64,000 nucleotides of DNA from Acidimicrobiales bacterium (GCA_036271495.1 DATBAO010000120.1:547-64546), one strand, 5' to 3'. Shown: positions 9,388-18,391, numbered from the stretch's first letter. The notes: a model not told the origin generated them from the letters alone. A program made the numbers and translations.

Positions 9388-10079
9388 CAGCCCGCGGGCG
9401 TGTCGTCGGCCAGGCCGACGAAGCGGCGCACGATGCCGGCGCCGGCGCGGCTGACGTGCGCCACGTCGGACGCGCGCAGGAAGACGCCGGGCGGGAGATG
9501 CGGCCCCCAGTGGGCCACGAGGCTGCCCGTCACCTCGACGTGGAACTGCAGGCCGTAGGCGCGATCGCCGATCCGGAAGGCCTGGTTCTCGTAGGCGGCA
9601 TTGCCGGCCAGGCGCACCGCACCGTCGGGCAGGCCGAACGTCTCGCCGTGCCAGTGCACGCACGGCAGCGGCGTGGGCGCGGCGCCGAAGACCGGATCGC
9701 TGATGGCCTCCGTAGTCAGGTGCACCTCACCGAGGCCGTACTCGGGGGCCGGGCCCGGCGTCACCGGCGCGCCGAGCGCGGCGGCCAGCTGCTGGGCCCC
9801 GAGGCACACGCCGAGCACGGGCAGCCCGGACTCGACCGCCTGCCGGAGCAGGGCGCGCTCGTCGGCCAGCCAGGCCAGGTCGTCGTGCACGCTCATGGGC
9901 CCGCCCATCACGACGAGTCCGGCCACATCGGTCATCGCCGCAGGCGGCGGGACCGCGTCCCCGCGGTCCATGCGCAGGATGGTCAGGTCCGCGCCGGCGT
10001 CCGCGAGGGCGTCCGCGACGGCGCCGGGTCCCTCGAAGGCCACATGCTGCAGCAACAGCCAGGGATCGCCGGTGCCCAT
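9387..10079 (-). CDS. Class I glutamine amidotransferase-like protein (GMP synthase GATase-domain family)
   Basis: Start placed at ATG 10077-10079 (MGTGDPWLLLQHVAFEGPG). Nucleophile elbow LGVCLGAQ and LQFHVE (His/Glu) are present. Confidence 0.78.
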   Translation of the reverse strand: MGTGDPWLLLQHVAFEGPGAVADALADAGADLTILRMDRGDAVPPPAAMTDVAGLVVMGGPMSVHDDLAWLADERALLRQAVESGLPVLGVCLGAQQLAAALGAPVTPGPAPEYGLGEVHLTTEAISDPVFGAAPTPLPCVHWHGETFGLPDGAVRLAGNAAYENQAFRIGDRAYGLQFHVEVTGSLVAHWGPHLPPGVFLRASDVAHVSRAGAGIVRRFVGLADDTPAG

Positions 10080-10084
10080 GTGCC

Positions 10085-10867
10085 TCAGGGGATGAGGACG
10101 ACCCGGAAGAGCTCGGCGGCGCGGCCCTCGGGCAGACCGGCCAGCTCCCCGTTGGCCCGTGACCAGTCGCGTACCCGCTGCGCCACAGCGTCGGGGTCGG
10201 GCATCTGGCTCTTGTGGCACATGAGCGCGGCCACCTTGCGCTCCACGGTGGCGGTCGTGTCGACCGCCACGCCGGCGTGCTGGCCCCCCGGCCCCATGAT
10301 CCACAGCTCGGGGACGCTCCAGGGCTCGAGCCGCTCGACATCGAGGAGCTCGGGGTGTGCGAAGGGGTTGCGTGCGTCGGGGTACACGGCGTCGACCGCG
10401 GCCTCGCCGGTCGCGAGGTGGTCCGGGTGGCTGGCGTAGATGAACTCCAGGTTCCGCTCGGAGGACTGGGTCAGCACCCGCTCGGGCTTCACCTGGCGGA
10501 TGACGCGGCTGATGTCACGCCGCAGCTCGCGGGTGGTCTCGACCATCCCGTCGGGATGCCCGAGGAAGCGCACGTCGCTCACGCCGACCACGGCGGCGGC
10601 GGCACGTTGCTCGTCCTGGCGCAGCGCAGCCATGTCGGCCCGGGCCATGGTGCGATCCGAGCCACCCGCTTCGCCGCTCGTGGCGATGCAGTAGGTGACC
10701 TCGAGCCCGGCCGCCGTGAAGGCGGCGACGGTGCCCGCCGCGCCGAAGTCGACGTCGTCGGGATGCGCTGTCACCACGAGGACGCGGCGGACCCCGTCTT
10801 CAGGCGACCAGACCGGGATCGGCTCGGCCTCGCTCAGAGGACGCTCTCCTCGGGGAGTGGCGTCCAC
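10085..10867 (-). CDS. PIG-L/LmbE-family N-acetylglucosaminyl deacetylase (MshB/Mca-like)
   Basis: VLVVTAHPDDVDFGAAG signature (AHPDD). Start uncertain: GTG at 10865-10867 is chosen (34-nt overlap with the helicase 3' end); the track's longest start is 10972. Confidence 0.72.
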   Translation of the reverse strand: MDATPRGERPLSEAEPIPVWSPEDGVRRVLVVTAHPDDVDFGAAGTVAAFTAAGLEVTYCIATSGEAGGSDRTMARADMAALRQDEQRAAAAVVGVSDVRFLGHPDGMVETTRELRRDISRVIRQVKPERVLTQSSERNLEFIYASHPDHLATGEAAVDAVYPDARNPFAHPELLDVERLEPWSVPELWIMGPGGQHAGVAVDTTATVERKVAALMCHKSQMPDPDAVAQRVRDWSRANGELAGLPEGRAAELFRVVLIP

Positions 10868-12117
10868 GCAGCCAGGTCGGCCAGGCGCGGATCGTTGGAG
10901 AACATCTCGACGATGGGGATGCGCAGGCCCAGCCGGCGCTGGATGACCTCCATCTCCACCAGCTGGTTCCACAGCGACAGGCTGACGACGACGCCGGCCC
11001 TGCCGGCCCGCGCCGTGCGGCCCGAGCGGTGCAGGTACGCCTTGTGGTCCTCGGGCGGATCGAAGTGGATGACCCCGTCGACGCCCTCGATGTGCAGTCC
11101 CCGCGCCGCCACGTCGGTGGCGACGAGGACGGCGAGCTTGCCGTTCGAGAAGTCGGCCAACGCTCGCTCACGGTTGGCCTGGCGCAGGTCGCCGTGAATG
11201 GCCTGGGCGTTGATCCCTTCCTTGCCCAGGTTCTCCACGAGGCGGTCAGCGCCCCGCTTGGTGCGGCAGAAGAGGAGCGACTTCTCCTGGCTACGGCAAA
11301 TTGCGGCGGCCACCTTCACCTTGTCCATCTGGTGTACCTGCAGGAAGCGGTGTTCCATCAGCGTCACGGTCTGGGTGGACGAAGCCACCTCGTGGAAGAC
11401 CGGGTCGGTGAGGTAGCGCTTGACGAGCCGGTCGACCGCGCCGTCGAGCGTGGCGGAGAACAGCAGCGTCTGGTGGGCCTGGTCGAGGCGACGGAGCACC
11501 CACTCGACCTGGGGCATGAAACCCATGTCGGCCATGCGGTCGGCCTCGTCGAGCACGAGCGTCTCGAGCTCGTCCACGGCGATTTCGCCGCGGTCGCCGA
11601 GGTCGATGAGTCGGCCGGGGGTGGCGATGATCACATCGACGCCCTTGCGGAGCTTGTTGACCTGCCGGTCGATGTCGGCGCCGCCGTAGACGGCGACGGC
11701 GTGCAGCCCGAGCTTCGTGGCCAGCGGGGCCAGGACCTCGTGCACCTGCACGGCCAGCTCACGCGTCGGCAGCAGGACCAGAGCGAGCGGCTTGGCCGGC
11801 CGGGTGGGGGGCCGGGGGCCCTGCGCTTCCCGGGTCGCCTTGGCCCGCTGCAGCAGCGGCACACCGAACGCGAGCGTCTTGCCGGAGCCGGTCTTCGCTT
11901 TGCCGCACACGTCGCGTCCCGCCAGGGCGTCGGCGACGGTGAGGGCTTGAATGGGAAACGCGCTGATGATGCCTTCATCGGCCAGCGCCTTGTTCAGCTC
12001 GGGTGAGACGCCCAGGGACTCGAAGGTCCGGGCGGTCTCGTAGGTATCGTCGCCGGCGACATCGCTGTCTTTCCGGGCGGCGCCGGCTTGCGCGCCGGCT
12101 GGGGCATCAACGGTCAT
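10834..12117 (-). CDS. DEAD-box ATP-dependent RNA helicase
   Basis: Q-motif (FESLGVS...FPIQ), Walker A AKTGSGKT, VLDEADRM (DEAD), SAT, and HRSGRTARAG motif VI. Confidence 0.9.
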   Translation of the reverse strand: MTVDAPAGAQAGAARKDSDVAGDDTYETARTFESLGVSPELNKALADEGIISAFPIQALTVADALAGRDVCGKAKTGSGKTLAFGVPLLQRAKATREAQGPRPPTRPAKPLALVLLPTRELAVQVHEVLAPLATKLGLHAVAVYGGADIDRQVNKLRKGVDVIIATPGRLIDLGDRGEIAVDELETLVLDEADRMADMGFMPQVEWVLRRLDQAHQTLLFSATLDGAVDRLVKRYLTDPVFHEVASSTQTVTLMEHRFLQVHQMDKVKVAAAICRSQEKSLLFCRTKRGADRLVENLGKEGINAQAIHGDLRQANRERALADFSNGKLAVLVATDVAARGLHIEGVDGVIHFDPPEDHKAYLHRSGRTARAGRAGVVVSLSLWNQLVEMEVIQRRLGLRIPIVEMFSNDPRLADLAAWTPLPEESVL

Positions 12118-12296
12118 TGACCCGCTCTCTCTGTTGTACGGCGGGGCTGTGCGCCTTCCAGAGGAGTGAGAGTCAGCCCCGACTCACCGGCCCCCGCCGA
12201 TGGTCGCACTCCTATTGTACCAGGACAGGCCTGCTGAGCGGCGCAACCCTGTGCCAAAGTGAGCCGTTCCGTACTGCGACGAAAGGAGCGCCGACG

Positions 12297-12764
12297 ATGG
12301 CCAAACTCGAGGCGGGAGCAACCGCCCCTGCGTTCACCCTGCCTGACCAGGACGGCAAACCCGTCAAGCTCTCGGACTTCAAGGGACAGCAGGTGATCGT
12401 CTACTTCTACCCGGCCGACGACACGCCCGGCTGCACCAAGGAGGCCTGTCAATTCAACGACAACCTCAAGACCTTCGAGAAGGCCGGCGTGGCGGTGCTC
12501 GGGATCTCGCCCGACAAGGCCGAGAAGCACGTGAAATTCCGGACCAAGTACAAGCTGAAGTTCCCGCTCCTCACGGACGCCGACAAGAAGGTCATGGAGA
12601 AGTACGGCGCGTGGGGCGAGAAGACGATGTACGGCAAGAAGACCGTCGGCACCATCCGGTCCACCTTCTTGGTGGGGCCGAACGGCAAGGTGCAGCGGGC
12701 CTGGTACCACGTGCGGGCGGACGGGCACGCGGCCAAGGTGCTGGAGGAGATCGCCGAAGGGTGA
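12297..12764 (+). CDS. bcp: Thiol peroxidase Bcp (peroxiredoxin Q)
   Basis: ATG 12297 is preceded by gaaaggag. FYPADDTPGCTKEACQF (CxxxxC peroxiredoxin motif). Confidence 0.9.
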   Translation: MAKLEAGATAPAFTLPDQDGKPVKLSDFKGQQVIVYFYPADDTPGCTKEACQFNDNLKTFEKAGVAVLGISPDKAEKHVKFRTKYKLKFPLLTDADKKVMEKYGAWGEKTMYGKKTVGTIRSTFLVGPNGKVQRAWYHVRADGHAAKVLEEIAEG

Positions 12765-12850
12765 CCTGAGGGCGCGCCTGACGGATGGACCGCGTCCGGC
12801 GTGAGATGACGTGACAGGCTTCGCTGCGTCAGCGGGCAAGGGGAGGCCAC

Positions 12851-13528
12851 ATGGGGCAGGGAATCAGCGAGATCTTGACGTTCGCCATCGGGGTGGCCAT
12901 CAGCCCGGTGCCGATCATCGCGGTGATCCTCATGCTCTTCTCCAACCGGGCCAAGGTCAACGGACCGGCCTTCCTCGTGGGGTGGGTGCTGTCGCTCGCC
13001 GTCGTGAGCACGGTGATCTACGTCATCGCGCACGACGGCAGTGTGGCGACCAGCACCACGGCGGATGACTCGGTGTCGTGGGGCAAGATCGTCCTCGGCC
13101 TGGCGCTGCTCGCCCTGGCGCGCCGCAACTGGCGCAAGCGTCCCGCTCCCGGGGCGGAGCCGGAGATGCCGAAGTGGCTGGCGACGGTCGAGTCGCTGTC
13201 GCCGGTCAAGGCATTCGGCCTGGCGGTCGTGCTGGCCGCCGTCAACCCGAAGAACCTCATCCTCACCGCGGGCGCTGCGGCCGGTCTGGCGCAACTCGGC
13301 CTGAGCACCAGCGACGCCATTGTCGCCATCGTGGTGTTCGTCGCCATCGGGAGCCTGACCATCGTCGGACCCGTGCTGTACGCGCTGTTCGGCGGGGAAA
13401 AGGCCCGCTCGTCCCTCGACTCGGCCAAGGCCTGGCTCACGACACACAACGCAGCCGTGATGGCCGCCCTCTTCCTGGTCTTCGGCGTGGACCTCATCGC
13501 CAAGGGCCTGCCACCCCTGACGAGCTGA
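12851..13528 (+). CDS. GAP-family (DUF2910-like) integral membrane protein
   Basis: 225-aa multi-pass hydrophobic ORF (MGQGISEILTFAIGVAISPVPIIAVILML). The family call is from memory of similar actinobacterial proteins. Confidence 0.5.
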   Translation: MGQGISEILTFAIGVAISPVPIIAVILMLFSNRAKVNGPAFLVGWVLSLAVVSTVIYVIAHDGSVATSTTADDSVSWGKIVLGLALLALARRNWRKRPAPGAEPEMPKWLATVESLSPVKAFGLAVVLAAVNPKNLILTAGAAAGLAQLGLSTSDAIVAIVVFVAIGSLTIVGPVLYALFGGEKARSSLDSAKAWLTTHNAAVMAALFLVFGVDLIAKGLPPLTS

Positions 13529-13581
13529 CCCGCCCGTCCGTCGCGGGCGGCGACTTGACTCCGGTCGATCTGAGGTCCATA

Positions 13582-13603
13582 TTTATCTAGTTACCTAGAT
13601 AAA
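13582..13603. promoter_or_regulatory. Perfect AT-rich inverted repeat TTTATCTAG-TTAC-CTAGATAAA; candidate operator of the downstream YtrA-type GntR regulator
   Basis: Read directly. 9-bp arms with a 4-bp spacer, ending 10 nt upstream of the GntR GTG (13614). It is one of the lowest-GC spots in the window. Confidence 0.55.
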
Positions 13604-13613
13604 GTGAGGTCAG

Positions 13614-14006
13614 GTGATCGAGTTCCACCTGGACAGCCGCTCGGGGGTGTCCCCCTATCTCCAGATCGTCCAGCAGGTCCGTCAGGCCCTGCGGTTGGGA
13701 CTGCTGCGCAAGGGCGACCAGCTGCCGACCGTCAAGGAGGTCGTGGGACAGCTGGCCATCAACCCCAACACCGTGCTCAAGGCGTACCGCGAGCTGGAGC
13801 ACGAGGGTCTGGTCAGCGCCCGTCCCGGCGTCGGGACGTTCGTCACCGGCAGTCTCGGCGGCCAGTCGCTGGCGGCCCACGGACCCCTGCGCCAAGCGCT
13901 GCAACGCTGGATCGTCAAGGCGCGCCGGGCGGGGCTCGACGACGAGAGCATCGAGGCGCTCTTCCGCGATTCCTTTCGTTCCTCAGCCGAGGAGGACATA
14001 GCGTGA
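13614..14006 (+). CDS. GntR-family transcriptional regulator (short YtrA-like subfamily)
   Basis: 130 aa. Winged-HTH region GDQLPTVKEVVGQLAINPNTVLKAYRELEHEGLV, with only a short C-terminal domain. Confidence 0.85.
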   Translation: MIEFHLDSRSGVSPYLQIVQQVRQALRLGLLRKGDQLPTVKEVVGQLAINPNTVLKAYRELEHEGLVSARPGVGTFVTGSLGGQSLAAHGPLRQALQRWIVKARRAGLDDESIEALFRDSFRSSAEEDIA

Positions 14007-14896
14007 GCTGGGTCATCGATGCCCAGGGCCTGGGCAAGCGCTACGGCAAGCGGTGGGCGCTCAACGACTGCGATCTGCAAATCCCCTCCGGTCATGTCGT
14101 GGGCCTGGTCGGGCCCAACGGCGCAGGCAAGTCAACGTTCTTGCAACTGGCAGTCGGGTTGCTCGCACCGAGTGCCGGCACCATCGCGGTGCTTGGCCGT
14201 GGTCCTGCGGCAGACGTCGAGCAACTGGCGCGAGTCGGCTACGTCGCACAGGACACACCGACCTACGCGCGACTCAGCGTCGAGGACCACCTGCGCTTCG
14301 GCTCACAGTTGAATCCGATCTGGGACGATGCGTTCGCGCGGCGGCGCATCAAAGACCTCGACCTGCCAGTCAGACAAAAGGCGGGCTCGTTGTCCGGCGG
14401 GCAGCGTGCGCAGCTCGCTCTGACGGTGGCCCTGGCCAAACGACCGGAGCTGCTCATCCTGGACGAGCCCGTGGCGAGCCTGGACCCTCTGGCCCGCCGT
14501 GAGTTCCTGCAGGTCCTCATGGAGTACGTGGCCGACGAGGGTGTCAACGTCGTGCTGTCGTCGCACCTTGTCGCCGATCTGGAACGGGTGTGCGACTACC
14601 TCGTCGTGCTCGTCGATTCGCGCCTACAGCTGGCCGGCGAGGTCGATGACCTCCTGGGTTCGCACCATCGCCTGGTGGGCCCCCGGCGTGACCCGGACTC
14701 GCTCCCACCGGGGCAGGAGGTCATTGAGGAGCGCCACACCGAGCGTCAGAGCACCCTGGTGGCCCGCTGCGACGGACCGGTTCTCGATCCCGCCTGGACG
14801 GTGGAGGACCTCAGCCTGGAGGACCTCGTCCTCGCCTACATGGGACACGGCGCCGAAGCGCGCCGTGCCCGCCAGAACCTGGAGGTCGTGTCGTGA
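14003..14896 (+). CDS. ABC transporter ATP-binding protein
   Basis: GTG 14003 overlaps the GntR stop (GTGA). Walker A GPNGAGKST, signature LSGGQRAQ, Walker B LLILDEP. Confidence 0.9.
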   Translation: MSWVIDAQGLGKRYGKRWALNDCDLQIPSGHVVGLVGPNGAGKSTFLQLAVGLLAPSAGTIAVLGRGPAADVEQLARVGYVAQDTPTYARLSVEDHLRFGSQLNPIWDDAFARRRIKDLDLPVRQKAGSLSGGQRAQLALTVALAKRPELLILDEPVASLDPLARREFLQVLMEYVADEGVNVVLSSHLVADLERVCDYLVVLVDSRLQLAGEVDDLLGSHHRLVGPRRDPDSLPPGQEVIEERHTERQSTLVARCDGPVLDPAWTVEDLSLEDLVLAYMGHGAEARRARQNLEVVS

Positions 14897-15984
14897 TCGC
14901 GTTCTCGTGGCGCCAGTTCCGGACGCAAGCCGTCATCGGCCTGGCCGGACTTGTGGCCCTCGCTGCCGTCCTGCTTGCGACCGGGCCCAACCTCGTGCAC
15001 ATCTACGACACCGCCGTGGCGCAGTGCCGGTCGACCGGTGTGCGTGCGGGGAACTGCAACAATCCGGCCTCCGGCACGTACCCGTTCCTGCAGACGCTCG
15101 CCCTCGACCTGGTGCTCGTCGTGCCCCTCCTCGTCGGCATGTTCTGGGGCGCGCCGCTCATCGCCCGCGAGCTCGAGACGGGGACCTTCCGGCTCGCATG
15201 GACCCAGAGCGTCACCCGCCGACGCTGGTTGGCGGTCAAGCTCGGACTCGTCGGCCTGGCCAGCGCCGCCGTCGGTGGCCTCCTGAGCCTGATGGTCACG
15301 TGGTGGTTCAGCCCCATCGACAGCATCAATCAGAACCGCTTCGACCCGGCCGCATTCGGAACACACGGATTCGTGGCCGCCGGCTACGCCCTGTTCGCCT
15401 TCGCGCTGGGGGCGACGGCAGGGCTGCTGATCCGAAGGACGATTCCGGCCATGGTCGTCACGCTCGTCGGCTTCATCGCGACAAGGGTTCTCGTGACGTT
15501 CGGGATCAGGCCGCACTTCATGGCTCCGGACACCATGACAGTGTCCCTCCAGGGCGGACAGGGCGGCCTGAACATCACCTCCACCTCGGCGGGAGTCCAG
15601 GTCGCGGGCAGCCCCCCGACTCTCCCCAATGCCTGGGCCTTGACGGGCACGATCGAGAACAACGCGGGCCAGGGCCCTTCGGCGGCGTTCCTCCGACATG
15701 CCTGTCCCGGACTGACCAATGGCGCCGGCTTCAGCGGGCCCGCGTCCGGCGTGGAGCAGAGTGTGCGCGGCGGGACTCGGGAGGCGGTCCCCGTCCCGTC
15801 CAGGCTCCCGGATCCCATTCAGCAGTGCATCACCGGGGTGGCCAGCAAATACCACGAGGTGGTCACCTATCAGCCGGGTAGCCGATTCTGGGCCTTTCAG
15901 ACCTACGAGACCCTGTTATTCGTCGCGCTGTCCATCGGTCTGGCCGGCCTTTGCGTGTGGTGGGTGCGCCACCGCCTCAGCTGA
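14893..15984 (+). CDS. ABC-2-type transporter permease
   Basis: GTG 14893 overlaps the ATPase stop (GTGA). 363-aa multi-pass membrane ORF with a large extracytoplasmic loop. Confidence 0.7.
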   Translation: MIAFSWRQFRTQAVIGLAGLVALAAVLLATGPNLVHIYDTAVAQCRSTGVRAGNCNNPASGTYPFLQTLALDLVLVVPLLVGMFWGAPLIARELETGTFRLAWTQSVTRRRWLAVKLGLVGLASAAVGGLLSLMVTWWFSPIDSINQNRFDPAAFGTHGFVAAGYALFAFALGATAGLLIRRTIPAMVVTLVGFIATRVLVTFGIRPHFMAPDTMTVSLQGGQGGLNITSTSAGVQVAGSPPTLPNAWALTGTIENNAGQGPSAAFLRHACPGLTNGAGFSGPASGVEQSVRGGTREAVPVPSRLPDPIQQCITGVASKYHEVVTYQPGSRFWAFQTYETLLFVALSIGLAGLCVWWVRHRLS

Positions 15985-16012
15985 CGGACAGGCGGCCGCA
16001 GAGCTCGCACCG

Positions 16013-16813
16013 CTAGTGCTGGTGGACCGGGCACCAGTAGGTGGTCCGGCCGCCCACCGTCTCTCTGAGCAACTCGGTCCCGTCGAGCGGACAGCGCCCT
16101 CCGACCTCGCGCTGCGCCATCAGCTCGCCCATGTGCGACCCACCACGCCGACCGAGCTGGCGCAGCGTGGAGCGCAGCTCCTTGTGCAGGACGCGCTGCT
16201 CGACGTCGGTGAGCGGCGTACGCCTGCCCGGAGCCAGCCCCGCCCGCCAGAGGATCTCGTCGGCCAGCAGGTTACCCACGCCCGCCAGGCGCTCCTGGTC
16301 CATGAGACGTGCCTTGAGGGGTGCCGCAGTCCCCGGCCGTCCCGGCCGGATGGCCAGCGCTGCACGCAGCTCGGGCAACGACACCGAGAGCGCGTCGGGA
16401 CCGAGCCGGCTCTCGTCGGGCGCCAGCTCGAGCGACCCGAAGCGACGGGGGTCGTGGAGCAGCAGCTCGCCCCCGTCCTCGAAGGTGAATCGGGCTCGCA
16501 CCCACTTGTCGTCGAAGACGCCGGGCCCGTACTGCAGGCGGTCGAGTGCCTCGTGGCCGTCGACGACCAGGCCGCCCGTCATGCCGAACCGCAGGCCCAG
16601 GGTCGGACCTTCGTCACTCGTGTCGAGGAGCATGAGCTTGCCCCGCCGCCGGGCCGCACTGAACGAACGGCCCACCAGCGCCGACCGGAGCCGGGGCGGG
16701 GTGGTCCCACCACGGCCGTAGCGGGAGTCGACCATCCAGGCCCTGGTGATGGGCCGGCCGAGGGCCGGCTCGGCGCTGGCCCGGTACAACTCGACTTCGA
16801 GGATCTCGGGCAC
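16013..16813 (-). CDS. Formamidopyrimidine-DNA glycosylase / endonuclease VIII family (Fpg/Nei)
   Basis: Start placed at GTG 16811-16813, giving (M)PEILEVELYR (catalytic Pro2/Glu3). H2TH region and a C-terminal finger are present. The 819-aa track ORF is an artefactual N-terminal extension. Confidence 0.85.
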   Translation of the reverse strand: MPEILEVELYRASAEPALGRPITRAWMVDSRYGRGGTTPPRLRSALVGRSFSAARRRGKLMLLDTSDEGPTLGLRFGMTGGLVVDGHEALDRLQYGPGVFDDKWVRARFTFEDGGELLLHDPRRFGSLELAPDESRLGPDALSVSLPELRAALAIRPGRPGTAAPLKARLMDQERLAGVGNLLADEILWRAGLAPGRRTPLTDVEQRVLHKELRSTLRQLGRRGGSHMGELMAQREVGGRCPLDGTELLRETVGGRTTYWCPVHQH

Positions 16814-16861
16814 CGCCGCAAGGTATCCGACCGGTAGCCCCCGCCCGCATATGGTGGACGA

Positions 16862-17995
16862 ATGCCTCCCGAGAAGCCGCAATGGGCCGAGCTGTTCACC
16901 GAGGTCGTGACGTCCGGACTGTGCACGGGGTGCTCCGCCTGCGTGGTCGTCTGCCCGTACGACGTCCTCGGGTACAACGACCAGGACGGGGTCTACCGGC
17001 CGTTTCACGTGGACACCGACGGCGGGCCGGACAACTGCACCCACGGGCTCAAGGGCTGCACGCTGTGCACCCGGGCCTGCCCGCGCTTCCGGACGTGGGA
17101 GCCCGAGATCGAGACGCACCGGTTCGGCCGGCCGCGGACCGACGAGGAGGTGGCGGGCATCTCGCGCCGCACCGTCCTGGCCCGGGCGACCGATCCGACC
17201 GTGCAGGGGACCGGGCAGGACGGTGGACTGGTCTCCGCCCTCCTGATCTGGGCCTTCGAGCACGACGTGATCGACGCCGCCCTGGTCTCGGGCCTCGAGG
17301 GCGACGGGTCGACCTGGAAGGCGGTGCCCCAGGTGGCCCGGTCCAAGGAGGACGTCCTGGGCACGGCGGGCTCTCGCTACACCTACTCGGCCAATCCCCT
17401 GGCCTACGCCGAGGCCATCGAGGGAGGGGCCGAGCGCGTCGCCCTCGTGGGCATGGGCTGCCAGGCCTCCGCTCCCCCCGTCATGCAGGCCCGCAAGGCG
17501 GGGAAGGTCGCCCGCCGTTTCGTCCTCACCGTGGGACTGCTGTGCTCCAAGACGTTCGACGACGCCATCTTCAGCGAGCTCTTCGAGGCGAAGTACGGGC
17601 TGGCCCGGGCCGAGATCGTCAAAATGAACATCAAGGGCGTGTTCCAGGTCTGGATGAAGGACGGCAGCTACCACGAGGTCCCGCTGAAAGAGGCCCACGC
17701 CTGGACGCGGGAAGGGTGCAAGAGCTGTCCCGACTTCGCGGCAGAGCACGCCGACATCTCCACCGGCGGCATCGGGGCCTTCGGGGACTGGACCCTCACG
17801 CTGCTGCGGACCGAGCAGGGCGAGGAGCTCTTCAACGACATGGAAGCGGCCGGCGTGATTGAGACCCGGCCCATTGAGGACGACCCCGGAGCGGTGACCC
17901 TCCTCAACAAGCTGAGCCGGGTCAGCCGGAAGCGCTGGCCCGCCACGGCCGTGCCGATGCCGGGACGCCTCCCGGCCGCCGCCCCCTCTGCGTGA
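16862..17995 (+). CDS. FrhB/FdhB-family protein (coenzyme F420 hydrogenase/dehydrogenase beta subunit-like) with N-terminal 2x[4Fe-4S] ferredoxin motifs
   Basis: CTGCSACVVVCP and CTHGLKGCTLCTRACP cluster motifs, then an FrhB-like core (GQDGGLVSALLIWA ... GSRYTYS ... VGMGCQ ... CKSCPDF). Confidence 0.72.
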   Translation: MPPEKPQWAELFTEVVTSGLCTGCSACVVVCPYDVLGYNDQDGVYRPFHVDTDGGPDNCTHGLKGCTLCTRACPRFRTWEPEIETHRFGRPRTDEEVAGISRRTVLARATDPTVQGTGQDGGLVSALLIWAFEHDVIDAALVSGLEGDGSTWKAVPQVARSKEDVLGTAGSRYTYSANPLAYAEAIEGGAERVALVGMGCQASAPPVMQARKAGKVARRFVLTVGLLCSKTFDDAIFSELFEAKYGLARAEIVKMNIKGVFQVWMKDGSYHEVPLKEAHAWTREGCKSCPDFAAEHADISTGGIGAFGDWTLTLLRTEQGEELFNDMEAAGVIETRPIEDDPGAVTLLNKLSRVSRKRWPATAVPMPGRLPAAAPSA

Positions 17996-18004
17996 GGTGA
18001 GCCG

Positions 18005-18391
18005 ATGAGCGAGCCGAAGGCCGACGCGTTCGCCGCGCTCCTCGGCATCGCCGTGGAACGCCGGGGCGCCGGCCACACCGTGGCCGTCCTGACCACCGGC
18101 GCGCCACACGCCAACCCGCACGGCACCGTGCACGGCGCCGTCTTCTACGCGGTGGCCGGCGCGGCGGTCGCGGCTGCGGCCAACGACGCCGAGAGCTCCG
18201 GGATCATCTCGTCGGTCCTCGTCGAGTACCTCCAACCCGCGGCCCTGGGCGACGAGCTGTATGCCGAGGTGGCCCGCGAGGTCACGACGGGCCGGGAGGA
18301 CATCTTCACCGGGACTGTGCGCCGCGGCGCCGAGGGCGACCTCCTGGCCTGGGTGCGGGCACGCGGCACGCACCGGGCCCGCACCACCTGA
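18005..18391 (+). CDS. PaaI-family hotdog-fold thioesterase
   Basis: 128 aa, 9 nt after the FrhB-like stop. NPHGTVHGAVFYAVAGAAVAAAAN pattern. Confidence 0.72.
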   Translation: MSEPKADAFAALLGIAVERRGAGHTVAVLTTGAPHANPHGTVHGAVFYAVAGAAVAAAANDAESSGIISSVLVEYLQPAALGDELYAEVAREVTTGREDIFTGTVRRGAEGDLLAWVRARGTHRARTT

